This document shows positions 1-7,194 of a stretch of 32,000 bases of DNA, in pieces (position 1 is the first letter of the stretch; each line of letters opens with the position of its first letter). Made by a program: the position numbers and the translations under genes. This DNA comes from Pirellula staleyi DSM 6068 (lineage in GTDB: Bacteria; Planctomycetota; Planctomycetia; Pirellulales; Pirellulaceae), in NCBI GenBank assembly GCA_000025185.1, contig CP001848.1, forward strand, positions 1,350,001 through 1,382,000. Reading direction: 5' to 3'. Under the pieces are notes generated by a model that saw only the letters and a program-made list of their open reading frames with translations, was not told where the DNA came from and searched no databases.

Positions 1-8
1 CCGAGCCG

Positions 9-869
9 GTGAAAGCCAAAAAGGTCCTCTATATCGGCATCGACGGCTGTCGTTTCGATGCCATCCAAAAGGCCGAGGCCCCGGCGATCGACGCCCTGAT
101 CGAAAAAGGCGCCTACACCGGTCACTGCCTGATCCTCGGCGATCGCTACCGCAAGAACGACACCATCAGCGGACCAGGCTGGAGCACCATCCTCACCGGC
201 GTGTGGGCCGACAAACATGGCGTGCACAACAACACCTTCAAAGGCTCGCAGTACGACAAATTCCCCTGCCTCTTCGATCTCGTGAAGAAGAAGCTCCCCA
301 CAGCTCGCTGTGTTTCGCACGTCACTTGGGAGCCGATCGACAAATTCATCATCACCGCGGCTGACGAAAAGAAGAGCTATGAACAAAAGCCCCACACCAT
401 CGCCGACTATGTGAAATACGACACCGAGGCCACCGATGCCAGCGTGAAGGAACTGAAAGAACAAAACCCCGACATTGTGTTCCTCTACATTGGTCAGGTC
501 GATGTCACCGGACATACCCACGGCTTCCACCCGACAGTTCCTCAGTACATCGAAGCGATCGAGCGCGCCGATGGACATGTCGCCGCCGCTGTGGCCGCGA
601 TGAAGTCCCGTCCGACGTTCGACCAAGAAGATTGGCTCGTGGTGGTCACTAGTGATCACGGTGGCAAAGGAACCAACCACAGCAGCGGCCACGAGGTCCC
701 CGAGATCCTCAACAGCTTTTTGATCGTGAGTGGCAGCGATGTCGCGCCGGGCGAAATCGCCGAGCAATGCTACCTGGTCGACGGCGCCGCCACCGTCATC
801 CATCACCTCACTCCCCTCGACCCCGCCTGGCAACTCGACGGCACCCCCCGCGGCAAAACAAAACAATAA
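9..869 (+). CDS. Type I phosphodiesterase / nucleotide pyrophosphatase (alkaline phosphatase superfamily); N-terminus possibly outside the window
   Basis: Motifs of the NPP/alkaline phosphatase fold: GIDGCRFD (metal Asp), NDTISGPGWSTILTG (nucleophile Thr region), DVTGHTHG, SDHGG. The frame is open upstream to the window edge and no signal peptide is seen, so the GTG at 9 may not be the true start. Confidence 0.8.
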   Translation: MKAKKVLYIGIDGCRFDAIQKAEAPAIDALIEKGAYTGHCLILGDRYRKNDTISGPGWSTILTGVWADKHGVHNNTFKGSQYDKFPCLFDLVKKKLPTARCVSHVTWEPIDKFIITAADEKKSYEQKPHTIADYVKYDTEATDASVKELKEQNPDIVFLYIGQVDVTGHTHGFHPTVPQYIEAIERADGHVAAAVAAMKSRPTFDQEDWLVVVTSDHGGKGTNHSSGHEVPEILNSFLIVSGSDVAPGEIAEQCYLVDGAATVIHHLTPLDPAWQLDGTPRGKTKQ

Positions 870-962
870 CAGCCATCGCCCCAAGGCACGGGGCTAGAGG
901 CTAAGAACTAGAGGCAAGGGATGTTCGATCAGGACATGCCCAGCGCTCTGGGTTCACTGTCT

Positions 963-1117
963 AGTAGTAGTCCGTCCAGCGATGAATGTCAGGCTAAACG
1001 GGGTGGCACTGCTGGCTTGTCCAGCAGTGTGCAGCGTGATAATGCCTAAACTGTGTTGAGCTACGCACAACACAGCCACCCAATGCACATGACATTCATC
1101 GCTAGACGAAGTAGTAG
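963..1117. mobile_element. MITE-like non-autonomous element: 139-bp core (971-1109) with 21-bp imperfect terminal inverted repeats, flanked by an 8-bp direct repeat AGTAGTAG
   Basis: The left end tccgtccagcgatgaatgtca (971-991) matches the reverse complement of the right end tgacattcatcgctagacgaa (1089-1109) at 19 of 21 positions, with the inner 14 perfect. AGTAGTAG occurs at 963-970 and 1110-1117, immediately outside both ends. The interior holds nested perfect hairpins: 1007-1015/1021-1029 and 1051-1058/1068-1075, enclosed by gggtggc 1001-1007 / gccaccc 1075-1081. No coding capacity. Only one copy is visible in the window. Confidence 0.45.
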
Positions 1118-1434
1118 GTCCGGTTCCACCGGACGATCTCTTGCCAATAGGTATCCCAGGTAGCTCCCCAACCGGGGCCAGCTCCATCAGCCAGAGCCCT
1201 TCCCCCAATCCCATGCATCAAAGATTGGAGCTAAGTATCACTGAAGAACTCTTTATTTCGAATAAGCTCCAGCCCTAGTAAAATCTATGAGGAGTATGGC
1301 ATTCGTGCAAAAAATAAAAAATTGCTTCCACACCTTGAAGTGACTTTGATATCACTTTTTTATATGCCTGCGTGGAACAATAAACTCGACTATCATGCGA
1401 TCTTGCATGGACAGTTAGTGCCACTGCTGAGTTC

Positions 1435-3057
1435 ATGGGTGCGAGGGAGAATAGGGAATTGAGCCGATTCAACTTTCACGACCATCTGCTGCGATGTGAT
1501 CATACTCTCTTCGGAGGAATACTCCTTGGGATCGAAGGGCATGCCATTGAGCTCCAAGGTCGTGCTACGAGTGTGCTTCCGCGACCATCTCCAGTAGCTG
1601 AAGTCTGTGAAATCACAGGCATGGCTAAGGGGTCAGTCCGCGAAGCAATTTCTCGAATTAGCGGAGCATTTAGCAAACTTGGAATACCGAATTCCCCGGT
1701 AAGTATTCTTATCAACCTAGCTCCAGCAGCGCTAGAAAAAGGTGGCGCTTGGCTCGACCTTCCGCTAGCGGTGCTGATGCTTCAAGTAGCAGGACTTCTC
1801 CCCGATTTGCCGCAGGAGCAAGAGAAGAAGTACATGCTCATTGGAGAGCTTGGGATTCATGGTGAATTGCGGCGTGTGCCAGGAGCACTTTCACTCGCTT
1901 ATCGCGCCAATCCAGGGCAGTCTTTGATTGTGCCTGCTGGCAATGAAAAGGAGTGTGCACTGATCTTGGCGAAGCCAGGTCACGAAGGTTGCGGTGTCTA
2001 CCCCGCCCAAACATTAGAAGAGGTCTTAGAGTTCTTCCGTGGTAGAGCCAAGCTGCGCAATGCGTTGCGTGAAACCATCCGGTTCGAACCAATCATTGAA
2101 AAAGCTGTAGACTTCGGCAAAATTCGCGGGCAAAAGGAAGCCAAGCGTGCAGCAGTTATCGCCGCTGCAGGCGGACACAACCTGCTGATGATTGGGCCCC
2201 CTGGCGAAGGAAAGTCAATGATTGCTTCTGCAATCCCAGGGATTTTGCCGCGTTTACAAGAGGCAGAAATGGTTGAGTTGACTCGAATCTACTCCGCAGT
2301 TGGATTGTTGGGCGAAGACGGAAACGCAGTAACTCGTCGACCAATTCGAATCGTCCACCACAGCGTTTCAGCGGCCGCGTTGATCGGTGGAGGTTCGGGG
2401 ATTCCGCGACCTGGCGAAATCACACTAGCACACAATGGCGTTTTGTTTCTCGACGAACTTCCCGAATTTTCTCGGGGAACGCTCGAAGCACTTCGTCAGC
2501 CTATCGAGTCGGGCAAGGTAAACATTTCACGAGTACATGCTAGTCTCGAATTTCCAAGTCGATTTTCACTTGTAGCCGCCATGAATCCGTGTCCTTGTGG
2601 ATACGCAAGCACAGATCGCTGCACATGCACCCCCGCGCAAGTGCAAAAGTATCAGCAAAAAATTAGCGGACCTCTGCTTGATCGAATCGACCTTCAAGTC
2701 GTGCTAAAGCCGCTCACAACTGATGAGCGATTTGTCAAAGCGAGCGAAGGCGAGTCAAATCGCCTACGTACCATTGTTCAAGCTGCGCGAGCCATTCAGT
2801 TACGGCGTTTTCAAGGTACTGCAATTACCTGCAATGCATCCATACCAGGTGGAAGTGTGGCCGACTACTGTGAATTTTCGAGCGAGGGTTTTGCTCGCTA
2901 CAAGGAATTAATTGGGGCATCAACTGTTACAACTCGCACCGTCGACCGACTTGCTCGAGTCGCTCGTACCGTGGCCGATCTTGCCTCATCGCCGCAGATC
3001 GAATCTGCGCACGTTATGGAGGCATCACAATTCATGCTCAGTTTTGGAATGAACTAA
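1435..3057 (+). CDS. comM: ComM/YifB family Mg-chelatase-like AAA+ ATPase (Lon-C-like N domain + AAA+ + Mg_chelatase_C)
   Basis: Collinear with the YifB/ComM family: INLAPAALEKGGAWLDLPLAV (N domain), Walker A GPPGEGKS, Walker B VLFLDELPEF, AAMNPCPCGY zinc-type motif, LLDRIDL. The start is uncertain because the family N-terminus aligns near residue 25. Confidence 0.9.
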   Translation: MGARENRELSRFNFHDHLLRCDHTLFGGILLGIEGHAIELQGRATSVLPRPSPVAEVCEITGMAKGSVREAISRISGAFSKLGIPNSPVSILINLAPAALEKGGAWLDLPLAVLMLQVAGLLPDLPQEQEKKYMLIGELGIHGELRRVPGALSLAYRANPGQSLIVPAGNEKECALILAKPGHEGCGVYPAQTLEEVLEFFRGRAKLRNALRETIRFEPIIEKAVDFGKIRGQKEAKRAAVIAAAGGHNLLMIGPPGEGKSMIASAIPGILPRLQEAEMVELTRIYSAVGLLGEDGNAVTRRPIRIVHHSVSAAALIGGGSGIPRPGEITLAHNGVLFLDELPEFSRGTLEALRQPIESGKVNISRVHASLEFPSRFSLVAAMNPCPCGYASTDRCTCTPAQVQKYQQKISGPLLDRIDLQVVLKPLTTDERFVKASEGESNRLRTIVQAARAIQLRRFQGTAITCNASIPGGSVADYCEFSSEGFARYKELIGASTVTTRTVDRLARVARTVADLASSPQIESAHVMEASQFMLSFGMN

Positions 3058-3089
3058 GAACCTTGGGTTTGTCGAATTAGGACGGTTGG

Positions 3090-4583
3090 ATGTCAACGAT
3101 GACGACTTGCATCTGTTCGTTTTGCGAGAAGGTAATCAATTTTCCACAAGAAATGCTTCGCAAGCGAGGAAAGTGTCCTCGATGTCAGCAGGTAGTTCTC
3201 CTTGTTGATAATCGTGAACAGTCTCTCGATTCAGAGTTGAGAACACTTTGGTACTATCGATGGAATCAACTTCTTTTGGGAATGCGAATGGTCGGACCCA
3301 TCGAAGATATCGATTTCCTGCGCCTTGTCCAAAGTGGCCAAATCACAAGCTCTGTGGAGGTAATGAGCCCCGAGCTTACGAAGGGACAGTGGGCCCCACT
3401 GTCTGCAATTAAGTTGTCGGTGATCGAGCAGAATGTCCAGCAGCGACTTGCTGAACAGTCCCGCATTCAGAGGAACTTTATCAAACGCCAACAGGCCGAT
3501 GCTGAGAATCGAGGAAAGTTGCAGCGTGCTATCCGCTCGGCGCTCGAGTCGGGTGGATTATCAACGAACCATCGAAAATCGATCGAGGAATTCGGACTCG
3601 CTGCCGGCATCCCAGCCCACGAGATCGCCAACTATATTGCGCAACAAAGTAATAGTTTGGTGCGAGAGGTTTTCGAAGACGCTTTGTCAGATGGTCTTCT
3701 CGATCAGGCCGAGGAGCAGAAGATTGGGCAACTTGCTGTCGCACTCGGTGTGACTTTGAGCTTTAACGCAGATGACAGACGTCGCATCGTTCTTTGCAAA
3801 CTGGCTCACCAGATTGACCATGGCTCATTCCAGCCCGCGACTGAGATTTTGGTTCCATTTAAACTAGCGGCCAAAGAAACAGCGTTGGCGAGCACGCAGG
3901 TAACATGGCATGAAATTGTTTCTCTGAAGAAACCACAAGGGATCCCGCTAGGGGGCGGCTTTTTCCTAAAGCATGGGGGAGCTGGTAATGCTTACCTAAC
4001 CACGAAGCAAGTTTCTATGGTTGGAGCCCTGCAGTCGCAAAAGCTCGGACTATCATCTGTTCAGAGGGCTACCAGATACGTAGACGGCGTATTTTTAAAT
4101 CGAAGCACTGGGAAGAGCATATTTCTGGAGTTCGACAGCCTCACGGAAGCAGGTGGGAGCTTCGCTTTGCTCCTGGAGTATGCTTGCAGTGGTGATCCTG
4201 TACTGGGATTTGATCCTACGCATCAATTTGTACCACAAGTTGTTGATGCCGAGTCAATCGATGTACCTGAGCCTAGCTTTAGTTTAGATTCACCAAGCTC
4301 AGAACCTAAATATACGTTTCGTGTCGTGGGTGATCATGTAGGTACTCGCTCGCACTTTATCCAGCAACTTCAAGTTGGTGATCCAGTCCTGCTTATTCGC
4401 GAACCCGATAATCCTTTTGATGCGTGTGCTGTAGCAGTCTACGATGCTCAACGACGGCAGTTAGGCTACTTAAAACGTGAAGTTGCTGAGTGGTTTACGC
4501 ATATTTTGTCGCGACAGCAAGTTACTTCGATGGTTCATGCATTTACCGCTGCAGGTTCGCTTGTCGTTGGTGTGTACTACTAG
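3090..4583 (+). CDS. Multidomain protein: N-terminal Zn-ribbon, GYF_2-like domain, helical repeats, PH-like middle region, C-terminal HIRAN domain
   Basis: CxxC...CxxC (CSFC...CPRC) at residues 8-32. GYF_2-like WYYRWN...GP...QWAPL (nt 3246-3413). C-terminal LQVGDPVLLIREPDNPFDACAVAVYDAQRRQLGYLKREVA matches the HIRAN signature (nt about 4308-4580). Sits 32 nt after comM on the same strand. Confidence 0.8.
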   Translation: MSTMTTCICSFCEKVINFPQEMLRKRGKCPRCQQVVLLVDNREQSLDSELRTLWYYRWNQLLLGMRMVGPIEDIDFLRLVQSGQITSSVEVMSPELTKGQWAPLSAIKLSVIEQNVQQRLAEQSRIQRNFIKRQQADAENRGKLQRAIRSALESGGLSTNHRKSIEEFGLAAGIPAHEIANYIAQQSNSLVREVFEDALSDGLLDQAEEQKIGQLAVALGVTLSFNADDRRRIVLCKLAHQIDHGSFQPATEILVPFKLAAKETALASTQVTWHEIVSLKKPQGIPLGGGFFLKHGGAGNAYLTTKQVSMVGALQSQKLGLSSVQRATRYVDGVFLNRSTGKSIFLEFDSLTEAGGSFALLLEYACSGDPVLGFDPTHQFVPQVVDAESIDVPEPSFSLDSPSSEPKYTFRVVGDHVGTRSHFIQQLQVGDPVLLIREPDNPFDACAVAVYDAQRRQLGYLKREVAEWFTHILSRQQVTSMVHAFTAAGSLVVGVYY

Positions 4584-4846
4584 CTGATTGGAGTTTGCTA
4601 ATGCGAGTGACTAGCCTCTTGGGCAAGGCGTTTGAATGCGTGGGTGAAGCTGGTGGCGGAGTAAGGCGAGGCGGAAGTACATTGCTGCGCCGGTGAACCA
4701 GTTCGGGCAACCAGAGAGGTAGTCGAGCCGATTGGCCGGGCTCTCATCGGGGGTTGGGCAGCGCAGAAATCCACGCACCTCGGCATAGCGTAAGTACTTG
4801 GCCATCAGCGGCGGCTCCTGACACGATCAGCTCGTTTACTTAGCAC

Positions 4847-5557
4847 TTAGCACTTAGCGGTTTTGCGTTTCTTCCCAAGCGGGCCGCGCCGACGAACTTT
4901 CTCGATGTAGTCGGGGGCGTACGGGACCGAGCAATCGTTGTCTCCCAGGTCGGCGGTGATCGGGCCGAGTTTCTCGGCGATTTCGACCACCAGATCGGTG
5001 AGTGGCACCACGTAGACACCGACAGCAATGAGAAACGCGTTCATCTGATACCGCACAAAATCGGACTCTTTCAGGATCGATTTCTCGATTCGCCTGAGTA
5101 GCTTTTTCAGCATCGCGAGGTCGAGTTTGTCGTCGGGGGTGATCGAAACGATGCTGCCGAGCGTTCCCCACCCCGCCATGGCGGTGAGCTGTTTTTTGGC
5201 GTCGATCCACTCGAGAGCGAGCTCCCAGCCGTGGGGACTTCCCGCCGCGACCCAGGGGACTGTCCACCCGGCGAGCGCGCGACAATTTGCCCGCGCAACC
5301 CAGCTCTTGAGATCCTTCTTGGTCATCCGCGCATCGTCGGCAATGAGCCCGGCAAGATACATCGCGTCGTAGACACCGGTGGCATAGAGATCGAGCGCCA
5401 GCTGATAGTCCTTCTTGATCCGTTTGACGATCTTTTGCATGTCGCCAATTTTCACGCCGTAGATCGGCTCGGGGACTCCATGCTTCATCATCACCCGTTT
5501 GTAGCCCTCGCTGCCGAGCGGCTGAAGTTCCGCGAGTATCTCTTGCGCCGTAGTCAC
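4847..5557 (-). CDS. DNA alkylation repair protein (AlkD-like HEAT-repeat family)
   Basis: 235-aa all-helical protein whose length and repeat pattern are typical of the DNA_alkylation (AlkD/AlkC-like) family. N-terminal AQEILAELQPLGSEGYKRVMMKHGV... with conserved aromatic/basic repeats. Assigned by recognition, not by search. Confidence 0.7.
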   Translation of the reverse strand: MTTAQEILAELQPLGSEGYKRVMMKHGVPEPIYGVKIGDMQKIVKRIKKDYQLALDLYATGVYDAMYLAGLIADDARMTKKDLKSWVARANCRALAGWTVPWVAAGSPHGWELALEWIDAKKQLTAMAGWGTLGSIVSITPDDKLDLAMLKKLLRRIEKSILKESDFVRYQMNAFLIAVGVYVVPLTDLVVEIAEKLGPITADLGDNDCSVPYAPDYIEKVRRRGPLGKKRKTAKC

Positions 5558-5741
5558 CTAAAAATCTCCGCAGAGGATGGAGAGGTTGGGAATGTTCGCT
5601 GCATTCTAATGCGTGCTTCGTGGAGACGCCGCGTCCGTTTTTTTTGCGCCGCTACTCGCTACCAGCTTCGAGTCGAGAGTAGCTATACTTTCGTAAATCC
5701 AGAGCACTTGCTAGGCATCGATAGATTTTCTGAAAGCGACC

Positions 5742-6662
5742 ATGGACTGGCTCAACTACCACCATTTGCACTATTTTTGGGTCGTGGCGCGCGAGGGGAG
5801 CATTGTGCGGGCGTGCGAAGTGCTGCACTTATCACAGCCGACGATTTCGACGCAGCTGCAGCAGCTCGAGCAAAGTCTGGGTGGGAAATTGTTCGAGCGC
5901 GCGGGGCGTGGACTCAAGTTGACCGAGCTTGGGCAAACGGTTTTTACCTACGCCGACGAGATTTTTGCGCTCGGAAAACAGCTGCTCGATACGGCGAAAG
6001 GACGCCCGACGGGACAGCCGCTGCGATTGGTGGTGGGGGTTTCCGATGTGCTGGCGAAGCTAGTGGTTTACCGACTGCTGCAGCCGGCGCTCCGCATGCC
6101 CGAGCGGGTGTGCCTGATTTGTCGTGAGGGGAATACAGCGGAGCTGCTGACGAGTCTCGCGGCGTACGAGCTCGATCTGATGCTGAGCGACGCGCCGCTG
6201 GCGAGCGGCAGCCGCGTGAAGGCGTTTAGCCACTTGCTCGGCGAGTGTGGCATCACGATTTTCGGCAAACCGGCGCTCAAGAAAAAGTATGCGACCGACT
6301 TTCCTCGTTCGCTACATGGCGCGCCGATGCTCCTGCCGTTTTCCAGCACCAACACGCGCCGCTTGCTCGACCAGTGGTTCGACGACGCTGAGATCTCGCC
6401 GATGATCGAGGGGGAGTTCGAAGACTCCGCGCTGATGAAAGTCTTTGGCCAAGAGGGGCTCGGGCTCTTCCCCGCGCCAAGTGTGATCGAGAACGAACTG
6501 TGCGAGCAGTATGGTGTGCAGGTGGTGGGGCGAATCGATCAAGTCCGCGAACGTTTTTATGCCATCTCCGTCGAGCGGAAGCTGAAAAATCCAGCGGCTG
6601 TCGAGATCTCGCGTGCGGCGAGATCGCAGATTTTTGCTCCCAAAGCGGAGCCGCCTAAGTAG
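5742..6662 (+). CDS. nhaR: LysR-family transcriptional regulator, NhaR-like
   Basis: Collinear with E. coli NhaR as I recall it: LNYHHLHYFWVVAREGSIV, GKLFERAGRGLKLTELG, GEFEDSALMKVFG, YAISVERKLKNPAV. Winged-HTH N-terminus plus LysR substrate domain. Confidence 0.8.
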   Translation: MDWLNYHHLHYFWVVAREGSIVRACEVLHLSQPTISTQLQQLEQSLGGKLFERAGRGLKLTELGQTVFTYADEIFALGKQLLDTAKGRPTGQPLRLVVGVSDVLAKLVVYRLLQPALRMPERVCLICREGNTAELLTSLAAYELDLMLSDAPLASGSRVKAFSHLLGECGITIFGKPALKKKYATDFPRSLHGAPMLLPFSSTNTRRLLDQWFDDAEISPMIEGEFEDSALMKVFGQEGLGLFPAPSVIENELCEQYGVQVVGRIDQVRERFYAISVERKLKNPAAVEISRAARSQIFAPKAEPPK

Positions 6663-7137
6663 CCTCTGGTGAGGTCGCTTGCAGCGTCGCCAGGTCCGTG
6701 GCGAGAAGCTGCCGCTCGTCGGCCTTTTCGATCTCGTCGAGCAGCGCCGTCGCTTTCGCGCAAGCAGCTTCCGCCCGGTCGCGATCCTCTAGCAACCGGC
6801 ACGCTCGCGCCAGCGCTTCCAGGGCATAGCCCCTGTAGAACGGAGTCAGACTTTCGCTGATTTCTAGGCATTTTTCTGCATAATGGAGCGCTTTCGGTGG
6901 GTCGGAAGTCGACGCAAAGACGCGCGACATCAGCCAATATGCGACCGACATTTCTCGCGGCGAATAGTCGGGCCGCTGCATCCAGTGATAGAGCGATGCA
7001 TAGGCGCAGGCAATCATCTGCTCGTCGTCGGTGCCGCTGCGATGCGGTTTGTCGAGCCACTTCCAGGTCTCGTTGAAACAGGCGGCTGAGAAGTAGCGAT
7101 GCCCGCGTTCGACATCCAGTGGTGCCTCGCTGTTCAT
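6655..7137 (-). CDS. Hypothetical all-helical (TPR-like) protein, 160 aa
   Basis: ORF 6655..7176, with the ATG at 7137 (MNSEAPLD...) preferred over the upstream start. Helical repeat character. Lies 57 nt downstream of the kinase gene on the same strand. No family recognised. Confidence 0.55.
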   Translation of the reverse strand: MNSEAPLDVERGHRYFSAACFNETWKWLDKPHRSGTDDEQMIACAYASLYHWMQRPDYSPREMSVAYWLMSRVFASTSDPPKALHYAEKCLEISESLTPFYRGYALEALARACRLLEDRDRAEAACAKATALLDEIEKADERQLLATDLATLQATSPEAT

Positions 7138-7194
7138 GCCTGAAAACCTTAGGAGAAGAGGAAATCGCTGCAGCAAAACTTGGAGAGCGGCGCG

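Noticed and set aside
876-1135. Considered tmRNA, tRNA, RNase P RNA or 6S RNA for the highly structured intergenic segment. It begins ggggct, and contains gttcgatc and ggttccacc.
   Set aside because: No tRNA-like T-arm or acceptor with CCA context. No RNase P CR-I/CR-V motifs (GAGGAAAGTCCGG, ACAGAA.CCGGCTTA). No plausible tag ORF ending in a typical LAA/VAA-type C-terminus. Too short for tmRNA. The TIR plus flanking-duplication geometry fits a MITE-like element better.
954-1214. 86-aa minus-strand ORF covering the structured element.
   Set aside because: It lies entirely over inverted repeats and hairpins, has low-complexity composition, no ribosome-binding site and no recognisable family. 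It is most likely a chance ORF.
4840-4860. ttagcac ttagcac ttagcgg short tandem repeat at the 3' end of the AlkD-like gene.
   Set aside because: Only 2-3 copies of a 7-mer overlapping the stop codon. The only effect is tandem stop codons, so it is not considered functionally meaningful.
5231-6127. Long antisense or overlapping ORFs in high-GC regions. Examples: 5231..6127(+), 6557..7060(-), 12020..12565(-), 14058..14681(-), 23365..24237(-), 23391..24371(+), 26256..26789(-) and 30051..30857(-).
   Set aside because: These are shadow ORFs typical of high-GC DNA. They are Arg/Pro/Ala/Gly-rich with no motifs, and each overlaps a partner ORF that has clear family signatures.
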